Program-made: the position numbers and the translations under genes
From: Prorocentrum cordatum
Taxonomy: Eukaryota
DNA: 64,000 bases
Direction: 5' to 3'
NCBI GenBank assembly: GCA_963575745.1
Contig: CAUYUJ010000023.1
Span: 1 to 64,000 of the forward strand
The notes under the pieces: model-generated
Databases searched by the model: none
Told to the model about the DNA's origin: nothing
Seen by the model: only the letters and a program-made list of their open reading frames with translations
Shown: piece after piece, positions 25,273-37,693 of the stretch
Layout: each line of letters begins with the position of its first letter
How positions within the stretch are numbered: position 1 is the stretch's first letter

Positions 25273-26991
25273 CGGTGCCAGTCTGCCACTCAGCTCGCGG
25301 TGGCAACTTGGAATGTCAACATGAGGAATAGCGAGCTTTTGCCAGCAATGCTGGAGTTTTGTCATTATGATGTGCTATGCTTGCAGGAGTGTCAGTACAT
25401 GTCATCGGCAGCATTTGAAGCATGTGGGTGGCAGGTGCGTTTTAGTGTGTGCCGACGAGCTGCTGTGGCCTTCAGGGGCCCATGGGCGGCGACTATTTCG
25501 GACAGTAAGTGCGGTGAGAGGTTTGCTGTTGTACAATTTGCATCTGTGGTCGTGTCCTCAGTGTACCTACCCACAGTGCAGCGGGGAGATGATAGGCTCG
25601 ATGAATATTGTGACGTTCTAGCTAAGCTGTGTGCATGCATGCAACTATGTAGCGAGCAATACCAGGGGTCCAAAGTATTGCAGTTTGTGGGGACAGATGC
25701 GCAGACGGAGCTGGAACCAAATCTCTTGGGGTTCACGGGAGAAGGATTGGAGGAGGTGTGGATGAGGTCGGAGGCGAAACATCATGAGGAGAGGAGGGAC
25801 ATGCTCGTGCGCTTTCTGAATCACTGGGGTCTTTGTGCAGCCAACACCTACGGCGTGCGACAAGTGACGCACAGGCCGTGGAGTACCAGCAGCTACTCCA
25901 GGGTGTTGGACTATGTATTTGTGCCGACACAATTTGCAGGTACCGAGGTGGCTCGGACCAACTGCTCATTTGAATGCACGGTGGAATTTGTGGATCCTAC
26001 ACAGGATCGAGCGTCACGCTACAGTGACCATGCGAAGGTAGGTGTGAGGATAAAACATGTGTCGGTGCGCAAGCCTTTCGTGCGACCCAGGCCCCCGAGC
26101 CTCATCAATTGGGCCCCGGAGGATTATGAGTCAGCGAATGTGTTCAGTACACTGGCCGATGTGCAGGTACAACAACATATGAACCAACAGGGTGACATAA
26201 ATATACAAACAGTTGGACAGATGCTTGTGAGTGCTGCGACGATGTGTAGGCATACAAAGGGCAGGGCGGATACTAAACCAATCAAAAAACCTGACCAACT
26301 CGTGGACGTTGAAGCGGAGTTAAGGAGGGGTGTCTTCGGTGAGCGTAGGAAACAATTACTGAGACGTCAAAAAACACTCCGAAGAAAGTTCAGGCGGGAA
26401 CAGCTCCTCAAGGACTCCACTGGCCTCAAACATGGACCCCGTAGGTGTATCAAGGAAATGCTGTGTGACGGGATACTGACAGAAAATAAACAAAGATGGG
26501 TGGAGGAGCTCAACAAACACGTACAACGGTCATATACATGTGATGGGGAGGGAGGAGCTGCAAAGAGAGAGTTGCATCGACTACGGACACAGTGGGAGGC
26601 AGAGGGCAGAACTACGAACAGGGTCATATCTATGGGTGTGTTGCTGGGGGCTCGAGCCCGATTGAAGGGCGGCACCGCAGCGGGCTCTGATGGCCTGGTG
26701 GCGGAGATTCTCAAAGCAATACCTTGGAATGCATTGAGATTGATACGACACTCATTTCAAGAAATACATGATCATAAAAAGTCCTCACCTGATTCGTGGA
26801 GGAAGTTGTGCGTGCAGCTGATTCCAAAAATGAGCATGATCCAAACATTTGGGGAGACTCGTGCAATATCGCTGTTGAGTGTTATGAGCAAGTGGTACAT
26901 GGCGTGCCTTCTTATTCTTGTGGAGGAACATGGACATATCAAAAATTGGCGACATATGGATTCCAGGAGAGTCACAAAGTTCATCACATGA
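25273..26991 (+). CDS. LINE ORF2 N-terminal part: apurinic-like endonuclease (APE) and RT N-terminus
   Basis: APE motifs VATWNV, DVLCLQE, SVYLP, GTDAQ, LDYVF, SDH. RT N-terminal motifs AAGSDGL, SWR..LIPK, RAISLLSV. Confidence 0.9.
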   Translation, partial: RCQSATQLAVATWNVNMRNSELLPAMLEFCHYDVLCLQECQYMSSAAFEACGWQVRFSVCRRAAVAFRGPWAATISDSKCGERFAVVQFASVVVSSVYLPTVQRGDDRLDEYCDVLAKLCACMQLCSEQYQGSKVLQFVGTDAQTELEPNLLGFTGEGLEEVWMRSEAKHHEERRDMLVRFLNHWGLCAANTYGVRQVTHRPWSTSSYSRVLDYVFVPTQFAGTEVARTNCSFECTVEFVDPTQDRASRYSDHAKVGVRIKHVSVRKPFVRPRPPSLINWAPEDYESANVFSTLADVQVQQHMNQQGDINIQTVGQMLVSAATMCRHTKGRADTKPIKKPDQLVDVEAELRRGVFGERRKQLLRRQKTLRRKFRREQLLKDSTGLKHGPRRCIKEMLCDGILTENKQRWVEELNKHVQRSYTCDGEGGAAKRELHRLRTQWEAEGRTTNRVISMGVLLGARARLKGGTAAGSDGLVAEILKAIPWNALRLIRHSFQEIHDHKKSSPDSWRKLCVQLIPKMSMIQTFGETRAISLLSVMSKWYMACLLILVEEHGHIKNWRHMDSRRVTKFIT

Positions 26992-29006
26992 CGGCCCCTT
27001 TGCTGCACATGACACGTCATGCCACTCTCTGGGGAAAAGGCGAGTCGGTACATATGGGAATAATGGATATAAAGAAAGCGTTTGATCATGTCACTGTCTC
27101 GATGGTGATCCGCGCGATGGAACACCTGAGATACCCAACAGATCTGATTATTGCAATTGTGGAGCCTATGATTGGAAACACAGCAGTTTTTGATTTCCAG
27201 GATGTGTGCAGCGAAGAGATCCTGTATAACAAGTCGGTGCGAACTGGAGGGAAAGAAGGCCCAGTACTCTTCAATATTGTGTTGGAGGCAATTTGGGCCT
27301 CTATTGCTGAATCATGGGAAGCATGTCATTATGGAGTACGATTGGAAGGCGAGGGGACACAACAGGCGCTGGTCAATCATTACATATGGGCTGACAATGT
27401 GGTGCTGCTGGCATCTTCGGCGAATCAGCTGAGGAATATGGTGAGTATGTTGACCGTGGCCCTCAGACGGGCTGGTATGGACTGGAAGATTGAGAGCCTG
27501 GAGTACCTTGTTTTTGGGCTGAGACAAAACCAGGGGCCACAATCATTAGTTTGCGAACTGGGAGATGATATTTGTGCACGGGCTGGAGACCCCAGCCTAC
27601 CCTATCAATTACGTGAGGCGGTGGTTTTGCCGAGGAAAAGCGAGTGCGACATACTGGGAGTTAAATTTGTGACGAACCCGAGGGATTTCCATGCAGTGCG
27701 GCACCGTATCGATGCAGGCAGGCGGTGTTTTTATGCTGATATTAAATTCTATCGATCACGCGCGGTGAGCATGAGGGAAAAATTCAGACGGTATCAGAGC
27801 AGAGTTCAACAGATCATATGCCATGGATGTGTGGGGTGGAGCTGTAATGAACATGTGCTGAACATATTGAGGAGCTTTGAAGGAAGATGTTTGAACACAA
27901 TGCGGGGATTACATAGAAAAGAGACGGAAACGTGGGAGGAGTTCAGGGATCGCAGTACCAACAGATCCAGGGAGATGTTCAAGGAGGGGGGGTTCAAAAC
28001 GTTGGTGGAGAAAGTTGTGAGGTACAACTTTGAATTCGCCGTGGAGGTATCCCAATATAAGTGCCACATGCCGTCCACTGTGTATAGCAAATCGTGGCAG
28101 CAGACGCTGCGCTCCATGTTGCACGTATCGGGGGAGTGGACGGTGCAGAGGGATGAAATGCTGGCGGCAGTAAGTCGGACGATGTCGAGAGAGGGAACGA
28201 GACGGCTCAGAGGCAGACCACGAATCGTGGCGAGCAGCTGGCATGCACCCTTTGAAAAATGGAGGTCGCTCCTGTGGCACGACACGTGCGTTGTACCGAC
28301 GGATTGGGAGGAGTTTGTGGAACACATATCACAGATACCCAAAGTGCAGGACATGTTTGTGAGGAGGAGTAAGGAGAGGAGGGTGGGAGGGTTTGCGAAG
28401 ACACCGACAGATGACGAGTTGGCCCGACGCCTTGCAGTTATTAATGAACAGACTACGATATGGGACCCTGGGATGGAAGGTATCGCTGTTGAAATGTGCG
28501 GAGACAGTAAAACGGTCGTACAATGGTTGAGGGGAGTCTGGGCCTGTGACAACAGTGGGTATGCCAAACGGATCGCCAGGATACAAAATATCATGTATGA
28601 CGTGAGTGAACAACACAACATACGATGCCCGACGTACGGTAGGGATTTCTGGAAACATATCTATAGGGAAGCCAATGCCTATGCTGATGAGCTGACACAC
28701 CATGCGAGAGAAGGAAACTGTTACAGAATTTACAAGCACGACTATATCAAACAGAACAGGACAAACATCAAATACATCAGAGGATGCTGGGATGGTGGAG
28801 TGAGCAGTGAGGGTGCTGCAGGAGGTCACTGGATCGAAGTTGCTCCAGAGAATGGCCCGTGGACACTCGTGAGCTCAGAAGCCTACATGTTTGATGTAGG
28901 AGCCACCGTGACGGAGGCAGAATTATCTGCTGCCGAGCGCCTGTGCACAGGTGTGGAGCACATTGTTAAAGAAATTTCCTCTGCAAAGCGGAGGAGGCGG
29001 ATTTAA
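26950..29006 (+). CDS. LINE ORF2 C-terminal part: reverse transcriptase plus circularly permuted RNase H, in the -1 frame relative to the APE part
   Basis: RT motifs YGF, DIKKAFDHV, VRTGGKEGPVLFN, WADN, ILGV. RNase H motifs GDSKTVV and HIYREANAYAD, followed by WDGG..G.AGG and TEAELSA. Confidence 0.9.
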
Positions 29007-29087
29007 CTGGCTCTAGCCCTTAGGCTTGGGCGCACGCGCCCTGTGTAGCCTGACCAAACACCAAACTCGGGGCTGCAGGGCTGGTAA

Positions 29088-32000
29088 CTGGGCGCCGGCG
29101 GTAAACCGTCAACCTTTCTTACCGCCGGGGGACTCGTAGAGCTTCCTGACAACATATAATGTCGAACAAAAATTACAGAAAGAATAGTTTTGCAGCCCAA
29201 GCAATTTCAGACCTCTCGATGCAACAGCCGAACCATCCCGATGTTTCTGGATTGTCTTCTGTGCGAGCTCGGTGGCTCTGCTACACCCCGAGTTACGTGC
29301 GTAAATCGATAGCACCTCTCAAGATGACTCGAAGAATACGAATAGAACCTAGCTCCAGTATCAGACCGAGTTCACACCTCTGTATACGACAGGCGGACGC
29401 GTCTGATGTCTATCGATGCCTGTCATTACGAGCTCCGCAGCTCCCCCTACAGCCCGAGTTAAGTGCAGGAAATCGACAGCACCTCTCAGGATGACTCGAA
29501 CAATACGAATAATTTCACGGACCTAGTTCGGGCAGCAGACAGAGTTCGGAGCTCTGGATTCGAAAGGCGGACGCGCCGAATGTCTCCGAATCGATTGCTG
29601 AAATTGCCAACACTGCAGTCCGCTTTCAGCCCGAGTTGCGTGCAGAGAACCGACAGCATCTCTCAAGATGACTCGAACAATACGAATAGTTTCGCGATTC
29701 TAGATCGGGCAGCGGACCGAGTTCAGAGCTCTGGATTCAACAGACAACGGCCACTGATGATTCTGAATCAGATTCTCTACGTATCAGCTCTGTAGCTGTC
29801 CTGTAGCTCGAGTTGAGTACAGCAAACCGAGAGCGTCTGTCAAGGTGATTTGAATAATACGAATAGGTTTGCGGACCTAACTCGGCTAGCAGACCGAGTT
29901 CAGACCTATCGGTTCAACAGGCGAACGCGCCTAATCATTCTACATCGATTAGCTGTGCTTACCAGCTCTGTAGCTGTCCTAAAGCTCGAGTTATGTTCAG
30001 AAAACCCTCATCGCGTGTCAAGATGACTCGAAACGGCCGATCCCGCCTGCCTGCTTTTTGGCAGTAAAAGGTACCCGATCGAGCTCAGATCAAGATGGCG
30101 AGCGGGAATAAGAGCGAATATCATGGAAAGAACATACTAGAGCTCAAACGAATTATTGAATTTCGAGAACAAAATTTTCAACCGACCAAAAGTCACAAAA
30201 AGGTCAGTCGAGATTTTTCTTGCCAACTAGCTCTCCAGCGCCCCGGAATTACTGGGCGCCGGCGGTAAACCGTCAACCTTGGTTACCGCCGGGAAACTCG
30301 TAGAGCTTCCCAGCTCGAAATAAGTTGAGAAAACCGACAGCAGCTACCACCATTTCGACTCATAGTGAATATTGTTTGACCTCTGAATGCGACAGGCGGA
30401 CGCGTCTTATGTCTGCGAATCGAATTCTTCTGTCATTGCCAGCCCTGCAGCCCACCTACAGCCCGAGTTAAGTGCAGAAAACCGAAAGCACCTCTCAGGA
30501 TGACTCGAAGAATACATTAGTTTCGCAGACCTGATTCGGGCAGCAGACCGAGTTCCGAGCTCTGGATTCGATAGGCGGACGCGCCTGATGTCTTCAAATC
30601 GATTCCTGTGACAACAAGCACTGTAGCCCCCCTCAGCGCGAGTTCAGAAAAGAAAACCGAGACCACTTATCAAGATGACTCGACCAATACGAATAGTTTC
30701 GCGATTCTAGATCGAGCAGCAGACCGAGTTCAGAGCTCTGGATTTGACAAAGAACGACCACTAATGATTCTGAATCGGCTTCTCTGGATATCAGCCCTGT
30801 AGCTGTCCTACAGCTCGAGTTAAGTACAGAAAACCGAGAGATCCTGTCAAGATGACTCGAAAAATACGAATAAGTTTCGACCTAGCTCGGCTAGTAGACC
30901 GAGTTCAGACCTCTCGATACAACAGGCGAACGCGCCTAATCATTCTACATCGATTAGCTGTGATTACCAGTTCTGTAGCTGTCCTAAAGCTCGAGTTATC
31001 TTCAGAAAACCCGGCCGAGGCGGACAATGTGACAACTTTTGGTCGGTTTTGCTAAGATTTGAAAGATATTTGACAATTTATTTTGAGAAAGCAGATTTTC
31101 ACTTCGAGCATTGACATATGAACTTTGTTCCCTGAGGAGCTCAGCCTTCTAGAGACATTTTCAGTACCAGTTCACTTGGAGGAACCGACTTCATGTTTAC
31201 TCCGAAAAATCTGAACTTGAAGTTTTTGTAGAAAAGCTCCCAGTTGCTCGAACTAGGTCCGCGAAACTATTCGTATCATTCGAGTAATCCTGAGAGGTGC
31301 TATCGCTTTACTGCACTTGAACACAGTTCGAAGATCAATCCGAGTTCAGACCTCCGAATGCGACAGGCAGACGCGTCTGATGTCTCGCAATCGACGCATG
31401 TGATTACCAGCCCTGCAGCCCCCCTACAGCCCGAGTTTAATGCGGAAAACCGACAGCATCTCTCAGGATGACTCGAATAATAGAATAGTTTCGCGGACCT
31501 AGTTCGAGCAGCAGGCCGAGTTCCGAGTATTGGGTTCGACGGACGGACGCGCCTGATGTGTCCGAATCGATTTCTGTGACCAGTAGTACTGCAGCCCCCT
31601 CCCAGCACGAGTTGAGTGCAGAAAATTCAGAGCACTTCTCAAGATGATTCGACCAATACGAATAGTTTCGCGAACCTAGCTTTGGCACCAGGCCGAGTTC
31701 AGATCTCTCGATTCGATAGACAAACGCGCCTGATGACCCCCAATCGATTTCTGTCACTATGAGCTCTGTAGCTGCCCTACAGCTCGAGTTAAGCACCGAA
31801 AACCGAGAGCGTCAGTCAAGATGACTCGAATAATAGAAATAGGTTTGCGGACCTAGCTCGGCTAGCAGACCGAGTTCAGACCTCTGGATTCAACAGGCGA
31901 ACGCGTCTGATGATTCTGAATGCGATAGGTGTGCTTACCAGCTCTTTAGCTGCCTTACAACTCGAGTTAAGAACAAAATACTGACAACGCGTATCAAGAT

Positions 32001-33240
32001 GACTCGAAACGGCCGATCCCGCCTGGACGCTTTTTCCCAGTAAAAGGTACCCGATCGAGCTGAGATCAAGATGGCGAGCGGGAATGATATCGAATATCAT
32101 GGGGAAAAATACTAGAGCTCTAACGAATTGTTGAATTTCGAGAACAAAATTTTCAACCGACCAAAAGTCACCAAAAGGTCCGTCGAGATTTTTCTTGCCA
32201 AAGCTCTCCACCGCGCCGGAATTACTGGGCGCCGGCGGTAAACCGTCAACCTTGGTTACCGCCGGGAGACTCGTAGAGCATCCTAGCTCGACTTAAGTTG
32301 AGAAAATCGACAGCACCTACCAATATTCCGACTCATAGTGAATATTTTTTACCTCCGAATGCGAGAGGCGGACGCGTCTGCAATCTGCGAATCGACTCCT
32401 GTCATTACCAGCCCGTGCAGAAAACCGACAGCATCTCTCAGGATCACTCGAAGAATACGAATAGTTTCGCGGCCCTAGTTTGAGCAGCAGACAGAGTTCA
32501 GAGCTCTGGATTCCACAGGCGCACGCGCCTGATGTCTTCAAATCGATTTCTGTGACCACAAGCACTGTAGTCCCTCTCAGCGCGAGTTTTGTGCAGGAAA
32601 CCGAGAGCACTTCTCAAGATGACTCGATCAATACGAATATTTTTGCGATTCTAGATCGGGCAGCAGACCGAGTTCAGAGCTCTGGATTCGACAGACAAAC
32701 GCAACTAATGATTCTGAATCAGTTTCTCTGAATATCAGCTCTGCAGCTGTCCTAGAGCTCGAGTTAAGTGCAGAATACCGAGCGACTCTACTATTATTCG
32801 AGTCATCACGTAGATTCGGGCAGCAGACAGAGTTCAGAGCTGTCGATTCGAAAGGCGCACGCGCCTGATGTCTCCGAATCGAGTCCACTGATTACCAGCC
32901 ATGCGCCCCCCCCCCCTCCCCCCGAGAGCCCGAGTTAAGTGCAGAGAACGCACCTCTCAAGATGACTCGAACAATACGAATAGTTTCGCGATTCTAGATC
33001 GGGCAGCAGACCGAGTTCAGAGCTCTAGATTCAACAGACAACGAGCACTGATGATTATGAATCAGATTCTTTACGTATCAGCTCTGTAGCCGTCCTGTAG
33101 CTCGAGTTAAGTACAGAAAATCGAGAGCGTCTATCAAGACGACTCGAATAATACAAATAGGTTTGCGGACATAGCTCGGCCATCAGACCGAGTTCAGACC
33201 TCTGGATTCAACGGGCAAACGCGGCCAACCATTCTGAATC
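29088..33240 (-). mobile_element. Mostly minus-strand nest of family B elements with 178-bp arrays
   Basis: Reverse-complement 3' termini at ~29088, ~30252 and ~32225, each flanked by the host's resumed sequence. Confidence 0.75.
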
Positions 33241-33829
33241 GATGCGGGGTGGAGCTAGTTGGCCCAGCCGGTCGAGGCGGACAATGTGACAACTTTTGGG
33301 TGGTTTTGCGAAACTCTGAAAGATATGTGACCATTTATTCTGAGAAAGCAGATTTTTGCGCGTCGCATCGGCATATCAACTCTCTCTGAGAGCAGCTCAG
33401 CTCGTTCGATGCATTTTTGCATGAGTTGACTCCCAGGAACTGAGCGAATATGAACATCGAAATAATCGAATTTGAAGATTTCGAAAAATCTCTGTTTTTC
33501 CACTCTGTGTCGATTCTCTCCACTGTTACCAGTAAGAAGAGCTCTACGAGGATCCTGGCGGTGACCAGGTTGACGGTTCACCGCCGGCGCCAGTATAAGC
33601 TCTGTAGCTCGTTTACAGCTCGAAGTCATTCCGAGAATAGACAGTATCCCCACTGAAAACGTGTCCGGGAGAGCTTCCAGCAAGCGTGAACGCGTGCTCG
33701 CGCGCGTGCAGGCAGCGCGTGGAAGCTTTTCTGGTAACGCTGCAAGGAGCTTCCCAGGGCCCTCCAGGAAAGATTTCCTGCCCCGAAAGAGTTCTTCGAA
33801 CGCGCTGGAGAGCTAGTTGGCAAGAGAAA

Positions 33830-34155
33830 TTCCCGGAGAGCTCGCTGAGAGCTAAAGGGTTTAAGATTGGAAGCCAGACGGTGGTGGTGCCCGCCAGCAC
33901 CCCATCTCCGCCGGTCCAGAATTCTCGCAGCAGCTCGTTCGACCCGGCAACGTGTCCGGGAGAGCTTCCAGCAAGCTTCCACGCGTGCCCGCACGCATGC
34001 AGGCACGCGTGGAAGCGTTTTCGGCAGCGCTTCGGAAGCGCAGCCGGGGAGCCCCCCAGAGCCCCAGAAGAGCTTCACGCGTGCTTCCGTGGGCCTGCCA
34101 GGAAGGTTTTCCGGTGTGTGTTCTCTTTGCTCTCCGGGTTTTTGACGCTATCAAG
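33830..34155 (+). mobile_element. Intact family C element (326 bp)
   Basis: 5' TTCCCGGAGAGC ... 3' GCTCTCCGGG-TTTTTGACGCTATCAAG. Empty site CAAGAGAAA|TCTCGACG, the same site used by the B element at 5493. Confidence 0.8.
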
Positions 34156-37100
34156 TCTCGACGAAACTTTTGGTGACTTTTGGTCGGTTCAAAGCTATCG
34201 GTTTTCCGTACTTAACTCGAGCTGTAGGGCAGCTACAGAGCTCATAGTCACATAAATCGATTAGGAGTCATCAGACGCGTTCGTCTGTTGAATCCAGAGA
34301 TCTGAACTCGGCCTGCTGCCCGAGCCAGGTTCGCGAAACTATTCGTATTATCCGAATCATCTTGAGAGGTGCTCTGAATTTTCTGCACTCAACTCGTGCT
34401 GGGAGAGGGCTACAGTGCTGCTGGTCACAGAAATCGATTCGGACAGATCAGGCGCGTCCGTCCGTCGAACCGAACACTCGGAACTCGGCCTGCTGCTCGA
34501 ACTAGGTCCGCGAAATTATTGTATTAGTCGAGTCATCCTGAGAGATGCTGTCGGTTTTCTGCATTTAATTCGGGCTCTAGGGGCTGCAGGGCTGGTAATC
34601 ACATGGGTCGATTCGGAGACATCAACCGCGTCCGCCTGTCGCATTGAGAGGTCTGAACTCGGTTTGATATTCGAACTGTGTTGCGAAACTGATTTTTTTT
34701 GTTAGAGTCATCTTGAGAGGTCCGAAATCGCTTGGGCTGAAAAACTAGTCTATCTCTGGAGTTTTTCATCGCATTATATACTGTCAGGAAGCTCTACGAG
34801 TCCCCCGGCGGTAAGAAAGGTTGACGGTTTACCGCCGGCGCCCAGTCTCGTCGAAACTTTTGGTGACTTTTGGTCGGTTCAAAATAACTCGTAGAGCTTT
34901 CCTTAGCAAGCTATTGCTGCAAGCTTAAGAGTAATTCCGGGGCGCTGGAGAGCTAGTTGGCAAGACAAATCTCGACGGACCTTTTGGTGACTTTCGCTCG
35001 CTTGAAAAGTTTGTTATCGAAATTCCTCAATTCGTTTCAGCTCGATATTCGATCTTATGCCCGCTCGCGATCTTGATGTCAGCTCGATCGGGTACCTTTT
35101 ACTACAAAAAGCTCCAGGTGGGATCGACCGTTTCGAGTCATCTTGTCACGCGCTGTCGGTGTTCTCGAGATAACTCGATATTCACGACAGCTACAGAGCT
35201 GGTAAGCACAGCTAATCGATTCAGAGTGATCAGGCGCGTTCGCCTGTTGAACCCAGAGGTCTGGATGTTTGTATTATTCGAGTCATCTTGACAGACGCTC
35301 TCCGTTTCTGTACTTAACTCGAGCTACAGGACAGCTACAGAGCTTATACGTACAGAATATCACTCATAATCATTAGTGGCCGTTGTCTGTTGAATCCAGA
35401 GCTCTGAACTCGGTCTGCTGCCCAATCCGTAATCGGGAAACTGTTCGTATTATTCGAGTCATCTTGAGAGATGCTGTCGGTTCTCTGCACTGAACTCAGG
35501 TTGTAGGGGGCTGCATGGCTGGTAATCACTGGAATCGATTCGAAGAGATCAGGCCCGTCCGCCTGTCGAATGCAGAGCTCTGACTGTCTGCTGCCCGAAC
35601 TAGCCCGGAAAACTATTTGCATTGTTCGAGAGAGGTGCTGTGGATTTCCTGCACTTAGCTCGGGCTGGAAGGGGGGCTGCAGGGCTGGTTATCACAGGAA
35701 TCGATTCAGAGACATCAGACGCGTATGCAGAGGTCTGAACTCGGTCTGATACTCGAGCTATTTGCCCAACTATTTGTACTGTTCGAATCACCTCGAGAGG
35801 TGCTGTCAATTTACGCACGTAACCCGGGAGACTACAGAGCTCGTGCAGAAGACAATCCAGAAGCATCGGGGGCGTTTGGTTGTTGCATCCGAGAGGCCTG
35901 AAATTGCTTGGGCTGAAAAACTATTTCTTATGTGTATTTTTTTCGACATTACATGTTTCAGGAAGCTCTACGAGTCTCCTGCGGTTACAAAGGTTGACAG
36001 TTTACCGCCGGCGCCCAGTTTTGTTCTCGAAAGTCAACAATTCGTTAGAGCTCTGGTATTTTTCCTTATGATATTCGATCTTATTCCCGCTTGCCATCTT
36101 GATCTCAGCTCGATCGGGTGAATATTACTCTCGAAAGCACTGTGGCGGGATCAGCCGCTTTGAGTCATCTTGGTACGCGCTCGCGGTTTTCTGAACATAA
36201 CTCGAGCTTTAGGACAGCTACAGAGCTGGTAAGCACAGCTCTTCGATGTAGAATGATTAGGCGCGTTCACCTGTTGAATTCACAGGTCTGAACTCGGTCT
36301 GTTAGCCGAGCTAGGTCCAAACCTATTCGTATTATCCGAGTCATATTGACAGGAACTCTCGGTTTTCTGTACTTAACTCGAGCTGTAGGACCTACAGAGC
36401 TGATGTTTACAGAAACCGATTCAGAATCATCAGTTGCGTTTCCAGAGCTCTAGAATCGCGAAACTATTCGTATTGGTCGAGTCATCTTGAGAAGTGCATC
36501 TCGGTTTTCTTCACTCAACTCGCACTGAGGGGGGCTACAGTGCTGGTGGTCACAGGAATCGATTTGAAGACATCAGGCGCGTCCGCCTGTCGAATCCAGA
36601 GCTTGGAACTCGGTCTGCTGCCCGAATTAGGTCTGCGAAACTAATGTATTGTTCGAGTCATCCTGAGAGGTGCTGTCGGTGTTCTGCACTTAACTCGGGC
36701 TGTGCATGGCTGGTAATGACAGGAGTCGATTCGCAGACATCAGACGCGTCCGCCTGTCGCATTCAGAGGTCAAAAAATATTCACTATGAGTCGGAATGTT
36801 GGTAGGTGCTGTCGGTTTTCTCAACTTAAGTCGAGCTAGGAAGCTCTACGAGTCTCCCGGCGGTAACCAAGGTTGACCGTTTACCGCCGGCGCCCAGTGT
36901 GTGTTCCCTTTGCTCTCCGGGTACCTCGTAGAGCTCTTCGGCATCAATCAGCTAGAGGAATACTTCGTAGAGCTCTTCGACATCGATGAGCTAGAGCAAT
37001 TCTGGCGCGGGATGGAGCTAGTACCTCGTAGAGCTCTTCGGCATCGATGAGCTAGAGGAATTCCAGCGCGGCGTGGAGCTAGTTGGCCGAACCGGCCAGA

Positions 37101-37288
37101 AAGGACAAAGTGGTAACTTTTGTGTGGTTTTGCAAAGATTTGAAGGATATTTGACAATTTATTTTTAGAAAGCAGATTTTTCGCACCTGTAGTGGGTTAT
37201 GGCGCGTTTGCCAGTGAAATGTTGAGGCCAATAGGTGCAGTATGATCAAAACACTTGGAGGAACCGTCCTTGGATAAAAACAAAATTA
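34156..37288 (+). mobile_element. Further nested B and A elements
   Basis: B 3' termini at ~34845, ~36018 and ~36897. Stacked A 5' ends at ~36922, ~36961 and ~37022. Confidence 0.75.
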
Positions 37289-37693
37289 CTTCGACGGGAG
37301 AACCCCGCATAAGAATCCTCTGGGCGAATCTGGAAAAAGCCATCAACGTCGTCCTCGTGGTTGGTGAGGCGTCCTGGCTGTCTCTTCTGCGTATATTTCC
37401 TCTCGCCTTGGCGCGGGCCCCCCTTCCACTCCTTACGTTGTCCCCATCCTCGCCCCCCTGTTTGTTCCGCGCCCCGCCACCTCCTCCCCTTCCTGTTGCA
37501 TGAGCGCGCATGTCGATGTTCCTCGGCGCCGTCGCCGCCACGGCCAGCACAGGCGCGTTCTCTACTGGTCACGTCGCGCAGCCGTTGGGACAACCCCGCG
37601 GGCCAGGCTGTCGGGGCAACCCCGCGAGCCGTTGGCGCGCAAGACCAAGCCGTTGGGACAACCCCGCGGGCTTCGAGCGAGGCGCAGCCGCGC

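Larger units (their letters stand above)
23543..29066 (+). mobile_element. Near full-length APE-type non-LTR retrotransposon (LINE) with RNase H
   Basis: ORF1 plus APE-RT-RNase H. 5' (G)GCTCAAG/GGTCTCAAG repeats, short 3' UTR ending ACCAAACACCAAAC. Interrupts a 178-bp unit of B1 with no obvious target-site duplication. Confidence 0.92.

Noticed and set aside
27806..28829. Antisense ORFs of 271 and 166 aa over the RT
   Set aside because: Shadow frames of the RT coding strand with no motifs.
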